NCBI GenBank assembly: GCA_963727805.1
Contig: CAVSHF010000003.1
Span: 224,001-288,000, forward strand
DNA from: an uncultured Nitrospiraceae bacterium
GTDB taxonomy: Bacteria > Nitrospirota > Thermodesulfovibrionia > Thermodesulfovibrionales > Dissulfurispiraceae
Length of the DNA: 64,000 nt
Direction: 5' to 3'
A program made the position numbers and the translations under genes. Shown here piece after piece: positions 53,176 through 63,700 of the stretch. The notes beneath the pieces are model-generated. The model saw only the letters and a list, made by a program, of their open reading frames with translations, did no database searches and had not been told where the DNA came from. Position 1 is the stretch's first letter; every line of letters begins with the position of its first letter.

Positions 53176-54202
53176 GGCTATCCGACGCCGTTATTTCGGC
53201 GATTGCCGCTTCAGGTGCTTGTAGAGGACGCTTTGCTCCGATAAAGCGCTTTACGTAATAGGGGGTATCCAGATTGTCGATCTGCACCTTCTTTGCTCTC
53301 GACGAGGCATGAATAAACATATTGTTGCCGATGTAAATCCCGACATGCGAAGGGAAAGATGCATAGGTCCGGAAAAAGAGCAGATCGCCGCTTTGCAACT
53401 CTGCCCTGTTGATCTCCTCACCCACCTTGTACTGCTCTCGTGCGCTCCGTGGAAGGGGTTGGCCGACGAAACCGTAGACCTTTTGTACAAAGGATGAGCA
53501 ATCAAGCCCAAAGATCCCGTTGCCGCCGAACTTATAAGGAAGGTTTTGCATTTTTTTTGCGAAGAGCAGAAGGCGATCAGTAGCCGACAGAGTCGATAGT
53601 TCATCTGATTGGGACAATGCCTTTACTTCTTCAATTTTATCCGAAACATTAACACGCTTACTCATCTTGTCTGATTCAGGGGCCTTTTCTTCTTTATCCG
53701 AAGACTTGCCAACGATCAGCTGCCTACCGGTTTTAAGCTTATTGCTTGTCATATGATTAAGTAGTTTTAATTCTCGCACTGACAGGCCATATTTCTTAGC
53801 GATATTAGCAGGGGTTTCTCCCTTCTTGACAGTGTGGTATTCTCTGTCCCCGCTGTCGGCGGAACTACTATTCTTTTGAGGTGCCGGCTCGTTCTCCGTC
53901 GTCTGCAATGCCCTTTCAGTTGAATTTGTTTTGACCGTTTTTGCAGTTTTATCGGTTTTTGAAGACTTCTTCGAAGGGATAATCAATTTCTTCCCAATAG
54001 ACAGATCATCAGAGTCGAGATGGTTGGTCTCCCTTAATTCATTGACCGGGACTTTGAACTTTTTTGCTATTTTAGCAAGATTGTCTCCCCTTTTAACCTT
54101 ATAATGGGTATTGGCTTCCGCCATGGTCAGCATGCACAGGGACACAATCACGGCGATTAAAGCGGTATAGATAAAGCTTCTTTTATAAGAATATCTATGC
54201 AT
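53156..54202 (-). CDS. LysM x2 + NlpC/P60 cell-wall endopeptidase
   Basis: Signal peptide, YKVKRGDNL and HTVKKGET LysM domains, PYKFGG..DCSSF, HVGIYIG..FIHAS. Confidence 0.93.
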   Translation of the reverse strand: MHRYSYKRSFIYTALIAVIVSLCMLTMAEANTHYKVKRGDNLAKIAKKFKVPVNELRETNHLDSDDLSIGKKLIIPSKKSSKTDKTAKTVKTNSTERALQTTENEPAPQKNSSSADSGDREYHTVKKGETPANIAKKYGLSVRELKLLNHMTSNKLKTGRQLIVGKSSDKEEKAPESDKMSKRVNVSDKIEEVKALSQSDELSTLSATDRLLLFAKKMQNLPYKFGGNGIFGLDCSSFVQKVYGFVGQPLPRSAREQYKVGEEINRAELQSGDLLFFRTYASFPSHVGIYIGNNMFIHASSRAKKVQIDNLDTPYYVKRFIGAKRPLQAPEAAIAEITASDSLSKISP

Positions 54203-54253
54203 TGGCTATCTCCGCATCTTCAAGATTTATCCGGGGAAAAAATACGCCGGATA

Positions 54254-54841
54254 TCATGCAGCTTCGGTATTAAAAAAATCGTGTATCGCTGGCAACTCGG
54301 TCAGATTCTTGAGTCCGAAATAGTGCAAGAATTCATTCGTTGTAGCATATAAAAAAGGCCTGCCAGGAGACTCTTTTTTCCCGACGATTTTAATGAGCCG
54401 CTTATCAAGCAGACTTTTGACCGCTGCATCGGAATTCACGCCTCTTAACTGGTCTATCTCGACTTTCGTAATGGGCTGTTTATACGCGATAATCGAGAGA
54501 GTTTCGAGCGCAGGCTGTGAAATTTTGTTTGAGACATGGATATTCTTAAGTCGCCTAATCCATGAGGCCAACTCTGGGTCAGTGAGCATTTCGTAGCCGT
54601 CAGCGATTTCTGCAATAACGATTCCGGAATCTCTTCCCCTGTATTCAGCTATCAGCTCTCTCATTATATCCATGATGTCATGCTCGGTCACCGAAGTGGC
54701 CTTTGATATGGCGCCTACTGTAAGTGGCTCTCCGCTCGCAAAAAGCATTGCCTCAATAATGGCCTTGTTTCGGTTCGGAGCCACCGGTAAGTTTCGGGAA
54801 TCGTCAGGAGCAGGCGCAACTATGGAATCGACATTTTCCAT
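54254..54841 (-). CDS. scpB: SMC-associated protein ScpB
   Basis: IEAMLFASGEP, ALETLSIIAYKQPIT..IDQLRGVNS, PGRPFLYATT; start ATG 54841. Confidence 0.95.
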   Translation of the reverse strand: MENVDSIVAPAPDDSRNLPVAPNRNKAIIEAMLFASGEPLTVGAISKATSVTEHDIMDIMRELIAEYRGRDSGIVIAEIADGYEMLTDPELASWIRRLKNIHVSNKISQPALETLSIIAYKQPITKVEIDQLRGVNSDAAVKSLLDKRLIKIVGKKESPGRPFLYATTNEFLHYFGLKNLTELPAIHDFFNTEAA

Positions 54842-54929
54842 GTTGGGTAAAAGTATACCAGATGAAGCAATAAATTGCAAAATAATGTTATATTTACAAA
54901 TTAATATATATGAAATGAAGGAGCGGCGG

Positions 54930-55772
54930 GTGAGAAACACATTGATAATGATAGCGAATAAAATCAACGGGACCGGAGTTGCGGCCCTTTTCTTAACGTT
55001 CTTTTTCTTTATTGTCTCTTTCTCGAGCGGAAACAATGTCTTTGCCTTTGGTCAAGGTGGATGTGAAGGGGAATGCAATACATGTCACGCTCTTAGTAAA
55101 ACGGAAGCGAGTGATATTATGAAGAAGCTGAAAATTCCTGCCCCGAACGTGCGCGATATCCGTATGAGTCCTATCAAGGGCCTTTGGGAGGTTACCGTTG
55201 ATTCGCAGGGCAAGAGCGGACTTTTTTATATTGCCTTTTCGAAAAATTACATCGTACAGGGACAGATTGTCGAAGTGTCAACCGGGGTTGATAAAACGAA
55301 AGAACAGTACCAAATTATGCAGGATAGCAGAAAAATAGACATTTCTAAAATATCTCTGACGAATGCCCTCGTACTAGGAGACAGGAAGGCCAAAAAACGG
55401 GTAATCGTCTTCACCGATCCTGATTGCCCCTTCTGCGGGCGTCTTCATGATGAGATGAGGAAGGTGGTCGAAAAGCGTAAGGACATCGCATTCTATATCA
55501 GGCTTTTCCCGCTTGTAAAACTCCATCCCGATTCGTATTGGAAATCTAAAAGCATTGTCTGCAACAAGTCCCTCCAGATGCTCGAAGATAATTTTGCGAA
55601 AAGACCAATACAGCGTACTGAATGCAGCACGAAAGAAGTCGACGATACCCTGAAGGTAGCTGAACGCCTTGGTATTACTGGGACTCCAACATTAATAATG
55701 CCTAACGGAAAAATGCGCTCGGGGGCGATGAGTGCCGATCAATTGATCGATCTTGCAGACGGCAAAAAGTAA
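54930..55772 (+). CDS. dsbC: DsbC-family thiol:disulfide isomerase with N-terminal CxxCH
   Basis: Signal peptide, SPIKGLWEV dimerisation domain, FTDPDCPFC, GITGTP; GTG start after GAAGGAG. Confidence 0.88.
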   Translation: MRNTLIMIANKINGTGVAALFLTFFFFIVSFSSGNNVFAFGQGGCEGECNTCHALSKTEASDIMKKLKIPAPNVRDIRMSPIKGLWEVTVDSQGKSGLFYIAFSKNYIVQGQIVEVSTGVDKTKEQYQIMQDSRKIDISKISLTNALVLGDRKAKKRVIVFTDPDCPFCGRLHDEMRKVVEKRKDIAFYIRLFPLVKLHPDSYWKSKSIVCNKSLQMLEDNFAKRPIQRTECSTKEVDDTLKVAERLGITGTPTLIMPNGKMRSGAMSADQLIDLADGKK

Positions 55773-55799
55773 GGAGTACGGGTCCAAAGGAGAACAAAG

Positions 55800-56639
55800 C
55801 TGAGTTATTCATCTTCGTTAATATTTTTTTCGCTTATCTTTCTTTTTGCTGCCCTTGTCATTTTCGTTGTTTTATTACCAAAGCTACTTATGAAAAAACA
55901 ACCACAGACCCCCAAAAAAAGCCAAGCTGATATCATTACTGAGTCATTTCAGGTGCTTGGCAACGAATTGAAGTCCCTCAAGGAGCAACTTATCCTGAAG
56001 GAGAGGTTGGCGACCCTCGGGGAGGTATCGGCTGGAATAGCCCACGAATTCAGGAATCCTATGGCTGTCATCATAGGCTATGCAAAACTTCTTTTAAAGA
56101 GTCTCGAAGAAACGGATCATAGAAGACAAATTGTTCAGGCCATCATAAAAGAGATTGATACTATGAACCGGGTGATGGAGGAGCTGCTGAAATTTTCGAA
56201 ATCCGAGCCTATTGATAAAACGGATGTCGATCTTGTAAGGATGCTCGGCGAAGTAGTGCACGAGGCTGTAAGGCCCGAATCAATAGTGTTTAATTGTACC
56301 GGGATATTTATAGTGAAAGCCGATGAGACCCTTCTTAAGCAAGCAGTGAAGAACCTCCTGAATAATGCCCTCTATGCCGGAGAAAATGCATGGCTGGTAT
56401 TGAAAGAGGGACACTTGTCAGGGGAAAAAGGTGTATTTATCGAGGTGTCGGATAACGGGAAAGGGGTTTCTACCGATGAAGCAAAGAAAATATTTTATCC
56501 CTTTTATTCAACAAAACAAGATGGGCTCGGCATCGGTCTCTCGCTTGTGCAGAAAATAGCGATGGCGCATGGGGGGGCTGTGGATGTTACAAGCACCGAA
56601 GGGAAAGGCGGTCTTTTCCGGTTTTTTCTGCCATATTGA
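55800..56639 (+). CDS. Sensor histidine kinase (PilS/NtrB-like), probable CTG start
   Basis: ERLATLGEVSAGIAHEFRNP, NLLNNA, DNGKG, FYSTK..GLGIGL; the in-frame upstream extension encodes a TM helix. Confidence 0.85.
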   Translation: MSYSSSLIFFSLIFLFAALVIFVVLLPKLLMKKQPQTPKKSQADIITESFQVLGNELKSLKEQLILKERLATLGEVSAGIAHEFRNPMAVIIGYAKLLLKSLEETDHRRQIVQAIIKEIDTMNRVMEELLKFSKSEPIDKTDVDLVRMLGEVVHEAVRPESIVFNCTGIFIVKADETLLKQAVKNLLNNALYAGENAWLVLKEGHLSGEKGVFIEVSDNGKGVSTDEAKKIFYPFYSTKQDGLGIGLSLVQKIAMAHGGAVDVTSTEGKGGLFRFFLPY

Positions 56640-58013
56640 ATGGGCAAAGCAATGGATACAGTCCTTATCATAGACGATAAAAAAAGCATGGTGGACATGC
56701 TTTCGAAGACCTTCCAGTCTGAAGGTTTTTCAGTCCTCGCCGCTAATAGTGTGCGAGAGGGAAAGAAGCTGATTCAGCAAGGCGAAATGGATATCGTCGT
56801 GACAGATCTGAGACTTCCCGATGGAGACGGTATTGAGGTCCTCAAAACCGTTAAAGAGGCTTCGCAACTTATCCCTGTTGTTCTTATGACTGCCCATGGA
56901 AGCATTGAGATTGCAGTTAGGGCTGTTAAGGACGGGGCCTACGATTTTCTCACCAAGCCCTTTGACCCAGAGCATTTACTTATAATTGTCCAACGCGCTT
57001 TGGCCGAAAGCGCATCGCGAAAAGAAAATCTCATCCTCAAAAAGGAATTTTCGAGATTCCTCGATATGCCGGACATTATCGGTGTCAGCAAGGCTTGGGA
57101 TCAGGTACTGGCAAAGGTCCATAAGGTCGCTCCTATGAAAACAACGGTTCTTGTTCTAGGCGAGAGCGGCACAGGCAAGGAACTAGTCGCCCGGTCAATC
57201 CATCATCTCAGCCCGAGGGCGCGGGAGCCCTTCATTGCCGTCAATTGCGCCGCAATTCCGAAGGACCTGATCGAAAACGAATTATTCGGTCACGAAAAAG
57301 GGGCGTTCACGGGCGCACAAGACATAAAACCGGGAAGGTTCGAACTCGCCGACAAGGGCACAATCTTTCTTGATGAAATAGGCGACATGGAGATGTCTCT
57401 TCAATCAAAGCTCCTGAGAGTCCTCCAGGAAAGGGAAATTGAACGCGTCGGGGGTACCAAGCCGATCAAGGTTGATCTCAGGGTTATCGCCGCCAGCAAC
57501 AAGAACCTGAGAAAGGAAGTCACAGAAGAACGCTTTAGGGAAGACCTTTTTTACCGGCTGAATGTTTTTCCTGTCGTTGTTCCGCCTCTCCGTGAAAGGG
57601 TAGAGGATATCATCCCGCTGACGAAGCACTTCATCGCTCTATTTTCACGAGATATGAATAAACAGGAACCTGCGTTGTCCGGCGAGGCAGAAAAGCTGCT
57701 CATGGATTATGACTGGAAGGGCAACGTGCGAGAACTCAAGAATGTTGTTGAAAGAGCTATTATCATGTGCGATAGCCATACCCTATTAAGTGGCCATTTC
57801 AATATTGCTGAGGTGCGCAGCGATAGAGCTGCGCCCGATGCTTCCCTGCGTGCAGTATCGGGAATTGCCATTCGATCAGCTGAAAAGGCGAGGATCGAAG
57901 ACGCATTGCGAAAGACCGGCTGGAATAAAAGCCGAGCAGCAGAGATTCTTCAGGTGAGTTATAAGACATTGCTGACCAAGATCAAGGACTATGAGATTGC
58001 AGGGAAGCCTTAA
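56640..58013 (+). CDS. sigma54-dependent response regulator (NtrC family, PilR-like)
   Basis: Receiver, GESGTGKE, GAFTGA, FLDEIG, W.GNVREL, Fis-type HTH. Confidence 0.95.
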   Translation: MGKAMDTVLIIDDKKSMVDMLSKTFQSEGFSVLAANSVREGKKLIQQGEMDIVVTDLRLPDGDGIEVLKTVKEASQLIPVVLMTAHGSIEIAVRAVKDGAYDFLTKPFDPEHLLIIVQRALAESASRKENLILKKEFSRFLDMPDIIGVSKAWDQVLAKVHKVAPMKTTVLVLGESGTGKELVARSIHHLSPRAREPFIAVNCAAIPKDLIENELFGHEKGAFTGAQDIKPGRFELADKGTIFLDEIGDMEMSLQSKLLRVLQEREIERVGGTKPIKVDLRVIAASNKNLRKEVTEERFREDLFYRLNVFPVVVPPLRERVEDIIPLTKHFIALFSRDMNKQEPALSGEAEKLLMDYDWKGNVRELKNVVERAIIMCDSHTLLSGHFNIAEVRSDRAAPDASLRAVSGIAIRSAEKARIEDALRKTGWNKSRAAEILQVSYKTLLTKIKDYEIAGKP

Positions 58014-58033
58014 GTCTGCCTTAGAATCGGGTA

Positions 58034-58075
58034 TTATGTAATTAATTACATAAAAAATATGTAACGCATTACATA
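58034..58075. promoter_or_regulatory. Tandem palindromic upstream activator sites
   Basis: TTATGTAATTAATTACATAA (perfect 20-mer) and TATGTAACGCATTACATA; both fit TATGTAA-N4-TTACATA, 23 bp apart. Confidence 0.75.
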
Positions 58076-58136
58076 ATTGATTAAGTCAGATATTCAAAAA
58101 TCCTGAAAATACAATGCTGATTAGCTTCCCCCGCCT

Positions 58137-58152
58137 TGGCATTATACTTGCT
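58137..58152 (+). promoter_or_regulatory. sigma54 promoter of the minor pilin operon
   Basis: TGGCAT-TATAC-TTGCT. Confidence 0.85.
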
Positions 58153-58167
58153 TTAATCAATTCACAT

Positions 58168-58683
58168 ATGCGTAATAATACACTATCAAATAGCCAAATG
58201 GGATTTAGTCTTGTTGAAATGCTCATTGCACTTGCGATTGTTACGATTCTCAGCGCCATAGCTATCCCTATGTTTAGCGGGTTTGTAGACAATCGAGATC
58301 TTAAATCGGCCGCTAGAGACATTGCTGGGGATATTTTTGAAACGAAACAGAGGGCGATAAGTTCAGGTAACTTTTTTAGAATGGATTTTGATGTTGCTAA
58401 TAACAGTTACACTATTAAAGAGTGTGATGCCAATAATAGCGATGCTAGTTGTGTAGTGCAAAATACTAAGACTCCATCGGCTTTCAGGAATGATGTTCAA
58501 ATTACAAATGCTACATTCAGTGGCGCGGTGCCAACACGGATAACTTTCCAGCCAAGGGGGACAGTTGACACTGGTGCCGGTGCTAGCAATGCCGGCGTAG
58601 TGCTAACAAACGGAAGAACATCAAGTGCGACCGTATCAGTAAACTTAACGGGGAGAACATATGTTACCTGGATTCTGCAGTAA
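58168..58683 (+). CDS. Type IV minor pilin, FimT/FimU-like
   Basis: Class III signal G|FSLVEMLIAL, ITFQPRG, LTGR; the start must lie downstream of the sigma54 site (ATG 58168). Confidence 0.88.
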   Translation: MRNNTLSNSQMGFSLVEMLIALAIVTILSAIAIPMFSGFVDNRDLKSAARDIAGDIFETKQRAISSGNFFRMDFDVANNSYTIKECDANNSDASCVVQNTKTPSAFRNDVQITNATFSGAVPTRITFQPRGTVDTGAGASNAGVVLTNGRTSSATVSVNLTGRTYVTWILQ

Positions 58684-59119
58684 CAGAGGTTTTGGCATGA
58701 TTGATTCTGTTATGGCGCTTTGCATTACCCTTATAGGGATTGCCGGGCTGCTGTCAATCATGCCGATAGGATGGGGACTTGCAGGGAAATCGGATATGCG
58801 CACCATGGCCTCCGAAATATTGCAACGCGAACTTGAAAACATGGAGATGCTTGTCATGAATCCGTGCAATACTATTGTAGTCGGGCCTATTGCTGACGAA
58901 ACGGTTTATTCAAGTGGGTCTTCTGGTGCGGAGGCCGGCAATCACAGCTTTACTGTCCAGAGGGCGATTGCACAATTAGGTACCGGGTGGCAGATACAGG
59001 TTACAGTAATATGGCCGGGAACATCGACAGGCATTGTTGAAAGCCGCCTGGTAATCAAGCAACCCGATTACAGTGATAGCCTGAACTGTCTATCGGGTAC
59101 GCGTCTCTTGAGCTTTTAG
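58661..59119 (+). CDS. Type IV minor pilin, PilV-like
   Basis: RG|FGMIDSVMAL prepilin-like signal, QIQVTVIWP; operon position. Confidence 0.78.
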   Translation: MLPGFCSNRGFGMIDSVMALCITLIGIAGLLSIMPIGWGLAGKSDMRTMASEILQRELENMEMLVMNPCNTIVVGPIADETVYSSGSSGAEAGNHSFTVQRAIAQLGTGWQIQVTVIWPGTSTGIVESRLVIKQPDYSDSLNCLSGTRLLSF

Positions 59120-59140
59120 TTATAGGGGGCCTGCGAGGAT

Positions 59141-59863
59141 ATGATGCGCGATAAAATGAACGATTTGATTGGAAATGCAAAAGGGTTCACTCTTATCGAA
59201 GTCCTTCTTGCTATGGTTATAGGTACCATAATATTGGCTGCAATCTACATGGCCACTATGGAAGGGCATAGGGCCTCCACCGGTATCGAACAGAAGATTG
59301 CAGTTCAAGAGGATGTGAGGGCTGCGCTTGACATTATGGCTATGGAAATAGGGATGGCTTCTTACAATCCTACAAGATCGAAAAATTTGTGGCGTGCGGC
59401 CGATTGTGGAACTGTCGCTAATGCATATAAAGGAATACAGACGGCTGCCAATTTTGCAAATTCGATTACGATAGAAGCGGATCTCAATGCAAATGGCCTG
59501 ATTGCTGAACCTAATGAAGTTGTCACGTATACTTTAGATACAGTTAATCAGCGGATTACAAGAGAAGCTAATTGTGGTGGGGCACAGTCCTTTATTGGTG
59601 ACGTAACAGCGGCATCTAACAGGCAACGGAACGTAAAAGTTGTAAATAGTGCCCTCATTCCGCCGATACCGATGTTCAGATACTACGATAGTGCAGGTAA
59701 TGAGATTGTGGCCGCAAGCCTGCCGATCAACATTCCGCAGATTCGGCGGATAGACATTACTATTGCGGTAATTGCCGCCGACCCTGATATTCAGGGCCAG
59801 ACGCGTCAAATAATTCATACTACAAGCGTGATCCCGAGAAATCATGCTGTAACAACTTTGTAG
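59141..59863 (+). CDS. Type IV minor pilin, PilW-like
   Basis: KG|FTLIEVLLAM, EIGMASYNP, FRYYD, IRRIDITI, PRN. Confidence 0.85.
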   Translation: MMRDKMNDLIGNAKGFTLIEVLLAMVIGTIILAAIYMATMEGHRASTGIEQKIAVQEDVRAALDIMAMEIGMASYNPTRSKNLWRAADCGTVANAYKGIQTAANFANSITIEADLNANGLIAEPNEVVTYTLDTVNQRITREANCGGAQSFIGDVTAASNRQRNVKVVNSALIPPIPMFRYYDSAGNEIVAASLPINIPQIRRIDITIAVIAADPDIQGQTRQIIHTTSVIPRNHAVTTL

Positions 59864-59878
59864 GCAAAGGGGCGTTTC

Positions 59879-60400
59879 ATGAATTTATTTAAGAAGTCAA
59901 AAATGCATGATGAACGTGGATTTGCCTTTATTGCCGCATTACTTGCCATGCTGATTATGGTTTCTCTCGGTGTATTAATATTCACGCTGACCACCAGAGA
60001 CGTGAGAGTCACCGTCAAACTTATGGGGGAGAAAAAAGCCTTCTCGGGAGCTGAGCATGGCATTCATTGGTTGATGCAGCAATACGTTCCTGGCATAGTT
60101 TTAGGAAATCCCGCTAATGCGTGCCCTGGGAATGGCGGTTTTTTCCAAGTCTCTTCTGGCGTCGGTGTCGGCGATCCTTCTACGTGTTTTAGTTTTGTAC
60201 AGCCCATTCAGCCCACATCTGGAGGAAGTTCAATGATTCCTCTTGCAGGGTATTCCAATACCGGGGTAGCTACTTTTGGGTTAACGCCTGCTGATTCAGG
60301 AGTTACAGGATTCAATACTGCATATATGAGTCAGATTAGTATAGATGTGGGATTAGGTTATGGACCTGTTGGTGGTGCTGAAGGTCCGACGTATCAATAA
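59879..60400 (+). CDS. Type IV minor pilin, PilX-like
   Basis: ERG|FAFIAALL (no Glu5, as in PilX), AFSGAEHGI. Confidence 0.82.
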   Translation: MNLFKKSKMHDERGFAFIAALLAMLIMVSLGVLIFTLTTRDVRVTVKLMGEKKAFSGAEHGIHWLMQQYVPGIVLGNPANACPGNGGFFQVSSGVGVGDPSTCFSFVQPIQPTSGGSSMIPLAGYSNTGVATFGLTPADSGVTGFNTAYMSQISIDVGLGYGPVGGAEGPTYQ

Positions 60401-60423
60401 TCGTCGAAAATTGGAGAGATGAT

Positions 60424-60759
60424 ATGTTGAAAATAAAAATTATAGCGATAATTACAGTTTTTTCCTGCAGTATTCTTTATTGCCCGGTTGTATCCACTGC
60501 CATTATGAAGACGGGAGGAGGGGGGGCTAACAGCGATCGTGGGGAGGGCGCCCCTTCTTCAAATTCAAATGGGATGACTAGGGTCACTTCATTTGTAAAA
60601 ACGATAGACAGTAACACTATCGTTCTTGAGGATAACAGGAGCTTTAGTCTTTCCGGAGTCCAGGTCATCAACAAGAAAGCGGCCAACAAGACTTCGGGGA
60701 AAACAGTAGTCGAGATGCTGTTTATCAATAATGCCTTGAAACAAGTTGTCATTCATTAA
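60424..60759 (+). CDS. Secreted hypothetical protein between pilX and pilY1
   Basis: GGAG RBS, signal peptide, Gly-rich linker, small beta-rich domain. Confidence 0.75.
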   Translation: MLKIKIIAIITVFSCSILYCPVVSTAIMKTGGGGANSDRGEGAPSSNSNGMTRVTSFVKTIDSNTIVLEDNRSFSLSGVQVINKKAANKTSGKTVVEMLFINNALKQVVIH

Positions 60760-60774
60760 TACAAGGGGGATCAA

Positions 60775-63700
60775 ATGAAAATAAAATGGTTCGTAATTTC
60801 TATCGCGGCGATCTCTCTCTTTTTGTCAGCTTCGGTTAATGCCGATGAATCTGATATATTCATGTCGCAGATACAACCTAACGTTTTATTCATACTCGAT
60901 AACTCCAATAGTATGGATGAGGACTTTTACGGAAATGCACTTGGTTCGTACGCAACTGGCAGCAAGTCAGTCGAAGCCAGAAGGTCACTTATCAATATTG
61001 TCAACGCTTATGTAAATAACATGAGACTGGGACTGATGGCCTATCAGCTGCCGTCAGCTTCCAAAATGTACATTCATAATTCAGGATATTTTATATCGTA
61101 TGATCCCAGATCATACTGTCCAAAACCTCCGTCCGACTGCACCAACTATTGCATAACTGGGAATATCGCAAGTAAAAATGCTTGTCAAACATCATGTCAG
61201 GCGCAAAATTCATTGTTTGATGCAACATACGGATTTAATGGAACTGATGGAGATGAAATCATTCAATTGCCTATCGGCAACGCGCTCAGGACCGCCTATT
61301 GTCCGCTGGTATATCCCAAAACGGTTAGTTTACCAAACCCGTCTGATATGACCCACAATATTTATTACGCTCAAGCCCTGCCGTTTTATGATTCGGGGAA
61401 TGACGGAATCGCATTTCTGTATTCACCGGGGTACAATGCGCTGACGCAGTCAAACGGGGCAGGTCAAGGTCCGTATAATGTGTACGATATTTGGATAAAT
61501 AAAACCGGGACCTCTGATGGATCCGATACGTTAGCTAATGGATATTTGAACTATTGGTTTGCTACGGGGCTGGTACCAACCGATTCTGATGTGGCGATAG
61601 GGTATTATAATTTCGGTCGAAGACTGTTCTGGGCTTATGTGGGGCCGACATGGTTTGCAAACAGCTCTCCGGGCGGGGGATACCTTCACGTGGCCGGTAA
61701 TACCAATAATCAGTCCACTAATACTCAATTGAATGCCCTGCTTGCAAAGCTCGCGATGCACGAAAACGATCAGGCAGGTTATATGAGTTGCTCCAATACG
61801 GGCAATCCCAATAGTTGTCCGTATATCGTAAACGCGGGTCTGACGCCAACTGCCGGCACTTTGCAGTCAGCAATAAATGACTTTCAAGGGGTGAGCGGGT
61901 ACACTAGTCCGATAACTGACCACTGCCAACAGAATTTCGTCGTTTACGCAACCGATGGCTTGCCCAGTAACGATGAAAGCGGCAACTCCGGCAGTGCCAG
62001 TTCGCTCATGCCCGCTGTGTTATCCAAAATAACGGCTCTGAGGTCCGTCTCTAAAAGCATAAGCGGCACATCATATAATTTTGACATTAATACCTATGTC
62101 TTGGGCATGGGGCTGACAGACTCGGATAAAGTCCTGTTGGATCAAATGGCAGTAGCAGGGGGGGCTGACGTCGGTGGGCATGCTTATTATGCGGACAATT
62201 CCGACCAGCTTACCACGAATCTCAATAATGTGCTAGCTAATATCATAGAGAGGGCATTTTCGTTCACTACAACTTCTGTGGCGTCTTCTCGTTTTGCGGA
62301 TGAGAATTATCTCTATGAGGCATCGTTCGAACCTGTCAATTTCAATTCTTTCTGGAAGGGTCATCTGCAAAAATACCAAATTAATACTGACGGCTCAATT
62401 GGATCTATGGTATGGGATGCGGGCAGCGTCCTGCAATCTCAATTGGCATCATCTCGAAACATTCTGACGTATGAGTCAGGCACTATTCAGGCATTTAACA
62501 CAGGCAATATCACGCGAACGGATTTGGGTGTGTCAACTGATGCCCAAAGAGATGCAATTGTCGGTTATGTCCGTGGCGACCCAACGTATAATCCCGACAA
62601 CTGGAAATTGGGTGATATATTTCATTCGAATATAATCTCGGTAGGCACTCCGTCGAGTTATTGGAATGACACCCGAGATCACAATGTTTCGAGCGGCATG
62701 AACGCCTTTACACAGTTCAGAGCGAACAATCAAAGAACCACTGCAAATGGAAAGAGAATTGTGTTGGCAGGTGCTAACGACGGACAGTTCCATTCCTTCC
62801 GTGCATCTGATGGTGTGGAAATGTGGAGTTTTATCCCGCCTAATTTCTTGCCAAAATTGTCATATCTGGCACATTCAAGCAATCCCACGACGCTTACTCA
62901 TCAGTATTTTGCCGACGGACCGGTAGTTGTTTCTGATGCATGGTTTGGAAGCGGAGATGGTACTTCTAAAAATGTGAGCGATTGGCAAACGCTTGCTGTC
63001 TTCTCAGTGGGAAGGAACGATGCTATATATGACGACACAGTAGCATCTAATTCAACGAAATATTGGAGTTCCTCTCCAACTTGCGATGCAGGCTTAAGCG
63101 ATACTTATAATTCAACTACTGCCCCATATTATTGCGGTTATTACGCCTTTAACTTCACGAATACGCTCAGCCCGGTTTCAAAGTGGCGACTCAATACGAT
63201 CAATCCGAACGGTGCGGCTCTTGCCCCCTATTTAGGGGAACCATGGGGCAAGATGGCGATTGGAAAGGTAATTATTTCAGGTAATGAAAAATGGGTTGGC
63301 TTCATCGGTGGTGGTTACAATTATTGCCCTGGTAGCACGGCCTGCACCGACAATCGAGGCAAAGGCTTTTACGTTGTCGATCTTAGTAACGGATCTATTC
63401 TGTGGAGTTATACGGGAACGACATATAGCATTGCTGCCTCGCCGGCAACTGTCGATTACGATAACGATGGGTTCATAGATACAGTTTATGTCGGAGACAT
63501 GGGTGGTAACATATGGAGATTCAACTTCTGCACTAGTGCTCAGGCATCAGGGGTGGGAGGGTGCGATACGTCTGGCTGGAGCGGCGGCAAACTATACGCC
63601 GCGCCAAACGGAGAGGCCCCGATCTATACGTCCGTCACGGGTGCGAAAGATTCTAATGGCACCCAATGGATATATTGGGGAACGGGAGATAAGGTGAATC

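Noticed and set aside
54672..55036. Long overlapping N-terminal extensions of scpB and dsbC in the ORF track
   Set aside because: Divergent genes; the conserved domains and the dsbC RBS support starts at 54841(-) and 54930(+)
55770..55800. DsbC-kinase fusion by stop readthrough (same frame)
   Set aside because: The stop is TAA and a strong RBS precedes the CTG; separate genes are simpler, though an ancestral fusion cannot be excluded
126..60774. Numerous antisense or alternate-frame ORFs in the track (e.g. 15680-16414, 18039-18917, 21137-21931, 46959-47678)
   Set aside because: They overlap well-supported genes and have no recognisable motifs; treated as shadow ORFs
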